Positions 18,652 through 28,570 of a stretch of DNA of 64,000 nt are shown here, one piece after another. Within the stretch, counting starts at the first letter, position 1, and each line of letters begins with the position of its first letter. The stretch lies in assembly GCA_000091205.1 (NCBI GenBank), contig AP006492.2; one strand, 5' to 3'. Below the pieces are notes generated by a model that was not told the DNA's origin, did not search any database, and worked only from the letters and a program-made list of their open reading frames with translations. A program made the position numbers and the translations under genes. Origin of the DNA: Cyanidioschyzon merolae. Taxonomy: Eukaryota.

Positions 18652-21147
18652 CAGATAAATAAATACTTGAACACCTGTACCAGCACGGCTTTCTTTGCTA
18701 TACCTTTCTTACCTCGCGAATATTCAACAAAAGGTTGTATCCCGTAGGTGGGAGAACGGTCGCGGGAACACTTCCTGCCGTCTGTGCTAGCTTGCCAAGA
18801 AAACGGTCTTTATTGTCCATGTCAGGTATTCTCTGGTCGGCAGGTAGATCAGCCGCTGTTCTCGTGGTCCTTTTGCTGCAAGTCGTACTCACCAGACAGA
18901 GCACATTTGGCTCTGTCTGCACTGCATTCCCGACATGAATGCGTTCCACTCCACATATATTATCTGCGAAATAGCATCTAAGAGACACAAGGTGTGCAAT
19001 CTCCGCACAGTTGAAACGGACGGTGATAAAGGGACGCACACGGACACAGGAAAAAACGCGCCTCTGTGCGAGAACGTTCCGCGCTGAGCTCCGTGCTGCC
19101 AGTTTCGCGGGGGCATGCGAACGCTTATCGTGCAGATGGCAGATGTTCGTCACACTCGATGAGACCTCGTTCGGGAGAAACGGGAGACATGTGTACGGGC
19201 ACCCAGAGCGGGAGCAACAAGTGTTCACAGAGAAGCGACACACGCGCATTCCGAGAGTATCTGCCCAGACGGCGACTGAGTCGTATGTTTTGCTTTGCGT
19301 CGGAAAACGGGTCGAAGTCTTGAACGCCTCATGCTTGTTCTTCGCAGCATTCCACGGCGTCTCGTTCTTACACGGCTCCGTGCGGCTCTGCGTCAACGTC
19401 GCTTTCCATCACCCTGAAGAGGTCAACGAGCACGCAGGTGACATTGGCGCTGCGCTGTTCCTCGTACCAGCCTATTCGCCCCGGTCGAGTTCAGTCGAAC
19501 GCATCTGCTCTGTTGGCGAACGCCATTTCCATGGGCACCAATGCGCAGGCGAGTCTTTTACATCCGCGACTCGGTTCGATGGCGAATCGTTCTTCGACAA
19601 TGCGTTGTCTGCTATTGGTGCACAGGAACTGCTGTGTTGCTGCTCGGCTCGTGGGCGGAAACGAGCGGAAACGAGCTCTCCGGTCGGTTGGGGCTCCCAG
19701 TTCGAGAAAGGTGAGGAATGGATCCTCAAGTAGAACGAGACGTATATATAGGAGGGAGCGAGTTTCTGTATCAACGCCTGTCCATCGCGTCTGTATTTCG
19801 AGAGAAAACCGGGCATGGAGTGTTGCCACCGCATCCATGCCACCTCGCATAGTTAAGGGGCACAAGAAGAAGGAACTGGTATATATAAGCATCAACGTTG
19901 CGTTCGAACTACTTTGCAAAGCGCGGTGGCGGCGCTCGGACAAGGTTTCTCGATAACAGGAAAGAAATACCGGAAACGTTTATCCGGACGATGGAGACCG
20001 ACGGGATGCCAACCAGCATGCACCTTGCAGCACGTATGCCAGAGTCGAGCAGCCAGACTCATTTCCAACCGTTCAAGGTTGATGAACAAACAGAGACTTT
20101 GTGGTCGGGGTCGATCCGTGTCACTCGGCATCATAGCCGTCTCCGTACCCCTGCATCAAGAGGGCAGTGCTAAAGACCTACAAGGAGAGCAGATAAAGCA
20201 GCTCGAATTTTCCAGTGCTCGATATGATCGGCAGTCGGGCATGGTAGACGCCAGGCGGCATACCGTCCAGAGGAATGGTTGCTCGAGAGCCCATCTCGAC
20301 GCCCTGAGGACGGTGGCGCGCAGAGGGTAACGCTTTGTGCGCCTCATGCAGAGGGGGAGCTCATGAGCGTCAAACTGGCTCCAGCGGACGATCTTTGACA
20401 AGAACGCGTGGTGCCGAGCAGGGCACGCACATGGTGCTGGCTCCGCAGAGGCGAGAAGCTCGTGTTCGCAGACTTTGTGGTTGATGTGGGAAACGAAGTG
20501 ACCGCCCAGTCGGGTCGATTGACGGTAGCCTATAGCGCTGGACCTACTCCAGCTCACAAAGTCTGCAGTGATGCTCGCTCCCGTCGAGAGCTTGCTACAA
20601 GTTCAGGGATTGATTCTGCACGATTTCGACCGACGCATTCACACCGTCATGCACGCAGCACGATCTCGGGTACAGGCTGAAACTTGTCGAGAAGAGGCGA
20701 TTGAATTAGAGACCGTTGCACGAGATGGTGTGCGATACGCTGCTTGAACGCCCGACGGCGAGGCAATCGGAGATGCAGAGACTGCTGTGGTGTGCTTTCA
20801 CCAGCCACAATGTGCTCAGGTTCTTTCTGCATCGCGAGTTGATCGCCTCGATACACATCTGGCAATGTCTCGTGGTTCCGAAGCGCACAGCGGCTGTGTC
20901 GAGCGAACTTTCGGGAAAATCGTCTAGTTCTGCTTGTTGGCATTGCACTGACTGCCTGCAAGCTGTCGGTAAAAGCGCATCGGTGTTCAAGAACTGTCCG
21001 ACTGAATGCCCGCTCGGAGCATAGCGCTGGTACGGTATGGGTGAGCAATCGAGCGAGGCTGAAGCGGCCTGCTCATACAACGGGATCGGTTTCTCGGGGC
21101 AGAGGATGATTGGTAATGGTGTTCGAGTATTCGATCCTATTGGGCAT
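18652..21147 (+). repeat. interspersed repeat family A, copy 1 (full length, ~2.5 kb), apparently non-coding
   Basis: About 97-99% identical to 45524-48003 and, in reverse complement, its first ~1.2 kb to 42982-44176. Begins '...cagataaataaatacttgaacacctgtaccagcacgg', ends '...ggtaatggtgttcgagtattcgatc'. Only overlapping antisense ORFs of arbitrary composition. Confidence 0.8.
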
Positions 21148-22008
21148 AGGTTGTTGAGAAAATCCATGGGTCGCCCTAATGATCGACGGCAGTTCATGTG
21201 TCTACCTGAAGAAATATTCTGTTAACGCCAAATCTCAGGTGTTCGGTGAACGAAAACTGTTAGCTCTAGCGTGCCCTATAAAAAATGCAGTTTCGAAGTT
21301 TGGCTGAAAGGTTTTGATGCTCCCCCAATTTTCAGGCGTTTGGTGAACCAGAGCTTGTAACTCTTGACATACCCATAGAAAGCAGTGTCTACGGCAGCGT
21401 TATGAGGCAGCGCTTCGGGGACGCATGCGAACGTGCTGTCCCCAGTAGTTACGTAACAAAACGCTCCTGATCGACGTCTACGCGTCAGCACTCGTGCTGA
21501 CGCGACTACCGTCTGCGGCAAGTTTCGGACGACATGCGCATCCTGGATGCCAGCTTGCGAAATCGTTTATCTGCAAGACGTTTAGTTTTCTGAAAGCATC
21601 AGACCGTTTAGGAAGAAAGTGCTGTCACCGAAAGGCGGCGATCATCATGCCTTGCTTTTCGAGCGCGAAAGACTCGGCTCGTTTCGCTCGCCGGACGCGG
21701 GCGACCGTGAGAGGCTCCTCAAACGCATTAAAGCCGCATCACGAAACGTACGTGCGCTTTCGTGCAGGCTCCATGTCTTGGTATTCCAATCAATGCAGCA
21801 CCAACTACACCATCGCTGTCCTTTAAAGTGTAGGGTCGGGGTGAGCGTGACATTCAGCGCAGTATATTCGAATCCCCGACGGATCACCCAGCTTTGAATG
21901 GGGTATCCCGCTGGTGTCAGTTTTCCATAGGTCGCCCTCATCTAGACCCCTGCGAGCGCACGCAAGTAAACCTGCTCTACAAAGAACGTCTACATAGAGT
22001 CGTGAGCC

Positions 22009-23889
22009 CTAGTAAGCAGGATCGTACTGGAGTGCATACGCGTCCGCTGGCGTAAACTGCCCCTGGGACCCAGAGCCCCGCCTGGTGGCCACTCCGGTAC
22101 GCGCTGCCTCATTGGCGATCGCCACCGCAATGTGGGCACTTACGTCGCGTATTTTGCTTAGCGGCGGAAATACGCAACCCTGACGCAGGTCGCTCTCATC
22201 CACAAGTGCAGCCACTGCACTGGCAGCCTCGATAAACATTTCATCTGTGAATCGCGTCGCACCCGCCAGATGGATACCGAATCCGCAGCCAGGAAAGCAA
22301 TAAACGTTATTCGCCTGTCCCGGGACGAAACAGCGCTCCTGAGCATCCCCTCCAGTCTGGATTTTTACCGGGTCAAAGGGCGACCCCGAAGCGAATACAG
22401 CCCGTCCGCCGGTGAACTCGTAGGCCTCACGCGCAGTACATTCACTTTTCGACGTTGGATTTGAGAGCGCAAACACGATCGGCCTTTCATGATTGGCAGC
22501 CATCTGAGCGAGAATATCGGCATCGAAGGCTTTCGGAATGGTGCTCACACCAATCAGCGCAGTTGGTTTCAGCAGTCGAACCGCATCCGCAAGGCCGATC
22601 CGCCGCTGCGGCACCTGCTGCGAAGCCGCTGCGTCAGCGTCTGGCTTGGATGCAGTGGCATCAGAGACACCTTCCATGGCCTCGCCTAACGTCGCCAGCG
22701 TCTCCGTGGCAATGTCCTGCGCATAGCGTTGTTTTTCTTTCGTCACCAGAGCTCGCCCACGGTAGAGTAGACCTTTCGAATCGATGAACCAGCAGCGTTT
22801 CCGCGCTTCCTCCACGGTACCGACAAGGCCCTGTTTCACCATATATAGCGAGATGAGGTCTGCGATTCCGATCCCGGCAGATCCAGCCCCCAGGAAGAGG
22901 AAAACATGTTCAGAAAGGTTGCTCTTGACACCGGGCATCTTCAATGCACCGAGGAGGCCGGCCAAGGCTACTGCAGCAGTGCCCTGGATATCATCGTTGA
23001 AGGAGCAATGGCGGCCACGCCATCGTTCTAGAATTCGAAAAGCATTAGCATTACCAAAGTCCTCCCACTGGATAAGGCAGTTTTCACCCCACTTGTTCTG
23101 CACAGCCTCTACGAATTCGTCGACGAAGGCGTCGTAGTCAGCACCGCGCACGCGTCGACGCAAGAGTCCCGGATACAGGGGATCCTGCAACAGTTCCAAA
23201 TTTTCAGTGCCCACATCAAGCACCACAGGAAGCGTGCGCTGGGGCTCAACGCCACCGCAGGCTACATAAAGGAGTAGTTTTCCGACAGGAATGCCCGCTC
23301 CCGAGGCCCCGAGGTCTCCCAGGCCCAGGATCCGTTCCCCGTCCGTGACAACAATAACCCGAACGTCTTTCTCGGGCCAGTTATCCAGAATCTTCCTAAT
23401 CTTTCCGCGATCCTCGAAGGAAATAAAAAGGCCGCGAGGCGTTTTGAAGATGTGCCCGAAACGTTGACACGCCTCGCCAACTGTTGGGGTGTACACGTAC
23501 GGCATCAGCTCGGTCACGTGATCGATCAACAGACGGAAAAAAAGCGTTTCGTTCCGCTGTAACAGCCAAATGAGTTGCAGGTATCGATCAAGATCAGTCG
23601 CGCAGCGCCCCAGGCTTTCCATGATGCGCTTTTTCTGCGTCTCGATGGTGAGCACGCGAGGCGGTAGGAGACCCTGGAGACCCAGCTCCTCCCGTTCCTG
23701 CAAAGTAAACGCCATACCCCGGTTGTAACGTGGATTCCGAAGCAAATCCAACCCTCTGAGGTGTGTCTGCTCCGCTATTGATGGTGACTTTTTCATCTGT
23801 TGCGTGAACGTGCGTACAAGGTGGCGTATCCTGAAACCAACCATACGCAGATCCTCAACGAAGGAATGCCCGGCGCGGTTAGTCTGCAC
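22009..23889 (-). CDS. NAD(P)-dependent malic enzyme
   Basis: Translation carries malic-enzyme motifs: 'LRNPRYNRGMAFTLQERE', 'FNDDIQGTAAVALAGLL', 'FLGAGSAGIGIADL' (Rossmann), 'IFALSNPTSKSECT'. N-terminal ~40 aa may be a targeting sequence. Confidence 0.85.
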   Translation of the reverse strand: MQTNRAGHSFVEDLRMVGFRIRHLVRTFTQQMKKSPSIAEQTHLRGLDLLRNPRYNRGMAFTLQEREELGLQGLLPPRVLTIETQKKRIMESLGRCATDLDRYLQLIWLLQRNETLFFRLLIDHVTELMPYVYTPTVGEACQRFGHIFKTPRGLFISFEDRGKIRKILDNWPEKDVRVIVVTDGERILGLGDLGASGAGIPVGKLLLYVACGGVEPQRTLPVVLDVGTENLELLQDPLYPGLLRRRVRGADYDAFVDEFVEAVQNKWGENCLIQWEDFGNANAFRILERWRGRHCSFNDDIQGTAAVALAGLLGALKMPGVKSNLSEHVFLFLGAGSAGIGIADLISLYMVKQGLVGTVEEARKRCWFIDSKGLLYRGRALVTKEKQRYAQDIATETLATLGEAMEGVSDATASKPDADAAASQQVPQRRIGLADAVRLLKPTALIGVSTIPKAFDADILAQMAANHERPIVFALSNPTSKSECTAREAYEFTGGRAVFASGSPFDPVKIQTGGDAQERCFVPGQANNVYCFPGCGFGIHLAGATRFTDEMFIEAASAVAALVDESDLRQGCVFPPLSKIRDVSAHIAVAIANEAARTGVATRRGSGSQGQFTPADAYALQYDPAY

Positions 23890-24725
23890 CAGCTTACCTA
23901 CGGCAGCCGCTGCAGTAGCTTAGAGAGACGTTGCGTTCTTAACTTGAACGAGGTTCTGCTTCTGTTGCCTGGCAACTTGTCAACCGAATATTCTAGCGAG
24001 GCGCTTGAATTGTTGTTGAGCACTGCACGGAGAGTGGCGGCTTCTTACTGGTGGCGAAGCAGCGCACTTACCTGGACGCTCTTTTGGGACGGTGTCCTAG
24101 ATCAATGCTGAAGCAAGTACCTTGAGTGGGCTGGACTCGCGCACTTGTTGAACGGTACAGTTCGTGACGAGCCTGCTCATTTGGTTGCTACGCTCTGCTG
24201 ACGCCAACGTGCAGCAGGGCTTCGGTCGAGTGCTGCTGGGAAACAAGTGCCTCATTTCGCGGTCTTTTGAGCTGGGTGCTTCGGAAAAAGAACTTGATTC
24301 CGAATACCGTCGACTGCTGGAGAGAAGTTGCTGCTTCGTTTTGCTGTCGTTTGGGAATAGGGCCTAGGAAAGGCGCTTGTTTTCGAAGCCGGTCGACTGC
24401 CTTAAGCAGCGACTGGGCTAGCCCCTGGTTCGAGGCGTGCTTCACTTGGTATACAGGGGCAGCGCCTCAGTGCAGTGCCGTTTTACAAGGTTGGCTGCGT
24501 GTTGCCACGGGCTCGCCCGTACGCAGGACGAGCGCCCTCGTGAGCTCGGCGTGTAGCAAAGTGCTGCGAGTTCGAACAGCAGAGGGGCTGCACCAGCGGG
24601 AGACTCCCGGTAACCAGCTCTAGCGTCGTTTCATTTCTCGAATCTTCTGCCTTCGCACTTGATACTTTTCGATGGGTATAGAAAACGCAAAAGTCAAGCC
24701 AGTGTGAATATTTGAATCGTATTTC

Positions 24726-27008
24726 GTGGAGTTTTCCTGTCACAGTTCACAGTTTTACGCAGCCCACAAGGCCACGAGGTCGATCGCCTGGCGGCACATC
24801 GCCCTGAGTTTTATGGCTGACATAAGAACGGCATTCCAGCGGGCAAAGCAGGCAGCGGAACTGCAAAATGACAGAGGAGAGCAGCGACAGCTGCTGGTAG
24901 AACAACAACAATGGCGAAACTATAACGGTGCACCGAATACAGTTGTCGCTTGTCCTGTGTGCTCAGAGTTACGCTTTGCCTCATCGATCGAGTCACATCT
25001 AACAGTATGTCTGGAAAGAGCTGTCTCACCTGGGGATGATGCATTGCAGGTCACGCTCGATCGATGCACTCGTCGCCTAAATTGCTCCACAGAGCCGCAT
25101 ATGAGCCAGGTGACAAACACTGTAACGAACCGAGCACTGGAGCACTCAGTGCTGAGAACACTAACAAAGGGACCCTACACGTATCGTCTACTTGCGCTCA
25201 GTGTGCACTGGTGTCTCCAGTTCGAGCGACATCTCTTTTCCGCGGCGGAGTTAGATTACTTATCAGCATTCGTTTCGCTTGCAACTGCTTCACAATGGCT
25301 CTATTCGTGGTTGTTTTTTCGCAAAGGTTTCTCGACGGGCCGCTGGTTTCGAGCCTGCTCACTGCAGACTCGCTACCGAGAGGTTGACGTTGCGAAGGCC
25401 AGCCGAGAACTCATCCAGCATGGCTTCTTGAAGGATAGGCCAGCGTGTACCGATGATTACTTCAGGCTGCTAAAGTCGCTCACGCAAGCAGAGGTCACCA
25501 CTTTGTGCCGAGATCTCGGCCTGCAAAGTGCCTGTATGCTCAAGACGTGCGTCGCTGGGGCCTTGTTTCAAACGAATAAGCAGAAAATTACGCCAGCAAG
25601 GCGGAAGCTAGAAGAAACGATCCTACCTGCAGTTTGCAGTTGCCCCGAGGCCTTGCAGGCGTTGTTGGCCGCGTGGGCAGCGCTGGCACCATTAGGTCTT
25701 GAAAACATGCTGCGCGACGGCCTTGAACTCAAGGATCCATTGCCGCCATGCCTCGTTGAACGGCCGCTCTTTTCATCACGAAGCGCACTCGAGGCTTTTC
25801 AAAGCGCTCGGGAGCTAGAACAATCTTTCGAGCAGATGCTCGGCACCTCGGAGCCGGCTGCACTCGAAATATCCATGACTGCCGAACAGCGGCTTCGTGA
25901 AGCACTGAAAACCAGCGATGAGGCGCTTATCGCGACGCGCGTGACCCGGTATGATCAACTGTGCGACCTACAGCGTCTCTACAGGGAGCCCTACACCACT
26001 GTAGGCGTCTTGGCGAATATTTTGTGGCATTCAGTTTCGGTTGCAGAGTCGCATGGACACTACTTGGATTCAGTTCGCCGCCTCGAACTTCTTCTCAACG
26101 CCAATCTCTGCCTGCGACGTCGCGGCAAGTTCTATGATCGCCTCTCGCTGATCCTCGCGCAGCGCTTAGCTGACCGAGCAGGTGCGTTCCGCGTGTGTCT
26201 TGATTCGCTCTCGGATGCCTTTGTCCGGGATGCGGAGCGCAGCGTTCTCTGGAAACGCGCATCACGCCTTTGTAGGGAACTAGGAGTTGACGTGAGACTT
26301 CCCAACGATCCCGCCTTGTCCATACCTATCCCAGAGCGAGTCCTCCGGGGGCGAGCGCTGCCTGGATCGGGTCGTCGTGGTGGTAGCGTCAAGTTCGCCG
26401 GTTTGGATAACACGCTAGCCATTACTGTGGAGAACCTTGCTTTGCAGTTCTATGAAGCAGAACTCGGCTACACTGGTGCGCACCTCGAAGGTCGCACATT
26501 CGAGGCCTTATTCTTCATCTTCTTCGAAGATATGCTGCGCCTACCGGTTGTCGATGCTTTTCACGTTCCTTGTCAGGCACAGCCTCTTGACTTTGGCACG
26601 GAGATGTTCTACGTGAATCGAGCTGATAACATCCGCAAACGTCTTTTGGAACTGAGTATGCTTTCTGAAAGCGAACTCTCGCAATGGACACGCGAGCAGC
26701 TTCAGCGCAGCGCTATCGAGTCTCGTCGTTGGACGCCAACACAAGCACCGGTTCCCTGGGATGTGATCGTTGCGGGTCTTGGTGCTCAGGGGCTAGTGCA
26801 AATTCTCACACGTCTTGTGACAGACTTGTATTACTGGCGCTCAGGGGCGCCAGACTTGCTATTATGGCGTTCTAGTGGCAAAAGCAGCTGCAAACTTGTC
26901 GAAGTGAAGAGCACCAACGATACGCTTGCACCCAAACAACGCCGCTGGCTACAGGAACTGATTGCTGCCGGCATAGATGTAGAGCTTTGCTTGGTACGTA
27001 ACCACTAA
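24726..27008 (+). CDS. FAN1-like structure-specific nuclease: N-terminal UBZ-type zinc finger and C-terminal VRR-NUC (PD-(D/E)xK) domain
   Basis: UBZ-like 'VVACPVCSELRFASSIESHLTVCLER' (C-x2-C...H...C). C-terminal 'DLLLWRSSGKSSCKLVEVKSTNDTLAPKQRRWLQELIAAGIDVELCLV' matches the VRR-NUC core. Overall size and architecture as in FAN1/KIAA1018. Start may be the Met at ~24813. Confidence 0.7.
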   Translation: MEFSCHSSQFYAAHKATRSIAWRHIALSFMADIRTAFQRAKQAAELQNDRGEQRQLLVEQQQWRNYNGAPNTVVACPVCSELRFASSIESHLTVCLERAVSPGDDALQVTLDRCTRRLNCSTEPHMSQVTNTVTNRALEHSVLRTLTKGPYTYRLLALSVHWCLQFERHLFSAAELDYLSAFVSLATASQWLYSWLFFRKGFSTGRWFRACSLQTRYREVDVAKASRELIQHGFLKDRPACTDDYFRLLKSLTQAEVTTLCRDLGLQSACMLKTCVAGALFQTNKQKITPARRKLEETILPAVCSCPEALQALLAAWAALAPLGLENMLRDGLELKDPLPPCLVERPLFSSRSALEAFQSARELEQSFEQMLGTSEPAALEISMTAEQRLREALKTSDEALIATRVTRYDQLCDLQRLYREPYTTVGVLANILWHSVSVAESHGHYLDSVRRLELLLNANLCLRRRGKFYDRLSLILAQRLADRAGAFRVCLDSLSDAFVRDAERSVLWKRASRLCRELGVDVRLPNDPALSIPIPERVLRGRALPGSGRRGGSVKFAGLDNTLAITVENLALQFYEAELGYTGAHLEGRTFEALFFIFFEDMLRLPVVDAFHVPCQAQPLDFGTEMFYVNRADNIRKRLLELSMLSESELSQWTREQLQRSAIESRRWTPTQAPVPWDVIVAGLGAQGLVQILTRLVTDLYYWRSGAPDLLLWRSSGKSSCKLVEVKSTNDTLAPKQRRWLQELIAAGIDVELCLVRNH

Positions 27009-27116
27009 AAGCACCATCCATACGCCCAACTGACGCTGCCAATGACAACGATCAAGTTTGCAACGAGGAGAAACGACGACGTAGTGAGCGGATTTTTCGA
27101 CATGTTTGGGAACCTT

Positions 27117-28160
27117 CACCAATGTCAGCATAAAAAGGCACGGTTCTTCGAACTCGGGCGGGTACACAGATCTTCAGATCTCGCCCTAAATTACATAAAA
27201 AACATCCCTTGTCTGCCCTGGAACGACTGCTTCCATTCCTGTCTCGTATCCGCGGCTGTAACAATGTCGGTCTCATCTGTCTCTCCAGCTCCCTTGTTGG
27301 CAATCAATGGACGTTCATGGCAATGTAGAAAGTGTCGGTTTCGCCACTCGCAGCCGCTGTTGACGCATTTCATGCACAAGCGCGAGTTGCCACCTACACG
27401 TCGCTCGCTACAGTCAGCTCATTCGTATACAGCGTCGGTGTGCGCTTTGCAGCGGTCACACTTGACACTGGACAGGTCTTCCCTTACGTCCAGCATACAC
27501 GCTCGTCCGAAGGCTACTTTGCAGTGCGTACACGATTGTTGCAACGCTCAGTACACGTCGTCCGGGGGTACCTGGGGCCATCCTCGATGACGACCCCGGT
27601 TTCCGTGTTCGTGAACGCCCACTACGATGACGGGTTTCTCTTGGGGATGATGGCCCCAAATAGGGGATGACTTTTTTTTTCGAGCGGAACTGATTACTGG
27701 GCTTGACCAGGTTCAGTAAGCTTATGGAATGAGCTTGTGCGAATGCCATCAAGAAACGGTGTCGACTACTTTTCCACCTCAGTCCGCTGGCGCGAATCAC
27801 TGCACCCACGGGTGCCTTGAAACAGAAACATCGAAAACATGCAAGACGCGTGATGCGAGCATGCACTATGTGACAAAACAAAAATAATGCATTCTTTTGC
27901 GTATGAATTCGATGGTCGCGGCTGTTATTTCATGAACCTTGCCCTAGAGCGCAGCGAACCATATCGATTTCGATTACGTACCGAGTTCCTGTAACAAAGC
28001 GTCAAAGGAGTGACTCCGAAAAGGCAACTCAGCACCAGGAAACTACGTATGAATCCTGAAGCGCTTCTTGCCATCGTTCGAGTGCCGGGGCTGCACATCT
28101 AGAAAACGGTCGGAAAAGCATGCAAAGTACGATCACAGCAGGAAGGTCAGAGTTTCATTT
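27117..28160 (-). repeat. interspersed repeat family B, copy 2 (~1.05 kb, inverted)
   Basis: Reverse-complement identity to 37372-38415 (B3). Contains a T10 run at ~27668. Starts ~110 bp after the FAN1-like stop. Confidence 0.8.
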
Positions 28161-28570
28161 CAATCAAACATGGTTGCAGCTCGAAAGTCCAGGTGCTTCG
28201 CCGAACCCAGCTCGGCTCTTTGGCACAGACTGCTGGGGAGAGAGCTTCGCTTAACGACACCTGGTCAGGCTCTGGATCGAGGATATTGTTGTCTTCAGCG
28301 ATCCCATGTTTCTAGACAACTTCCCGTTTACGTCTGTTCTTTGCGATCCTCTCATGTACCTTTATAATCGAAAATCATCATGTTTAGGATGTGTGCCTTG
28401 CCGCAAGCGAGCCTACAGCATCAATGCCAACATCGGGTGCGTGTCAACGCGTTCGCTGCTTTTGTATGCGGCGCCGAGTCAACTTCGACAAAGCCTTAGC
28501 GTTCTGTGATCGCTAGATAGACACCCGTCCCCAAATGTTCTTGGCCTGCTTGTTCGTTCGCGACAAAATA

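Noticed and set aside
18698-19733. 232-aa (minus) and 240-aa (plus) ORFs inside repeat family A; their duplicates lie at 43096-44131 and 45566-46601
   Set aside because: They overlap each other antisense. Their composition is Arg/Cys/Ser-biased, typical of random GC-rich ORFs. No motif is recognisable. They are repeated only because the DNA is repeated, so they are treated as non-coding.
21851-21930. tRNA-like 'ttcgaatcc' T-loop motif
   Set aside because: The flanking sequence does not form a T-stem, acceptor stem or anticodon arm. No convincing tRNA could be folded by eye anywhere in the window, though a proper tRNAscan was not run.
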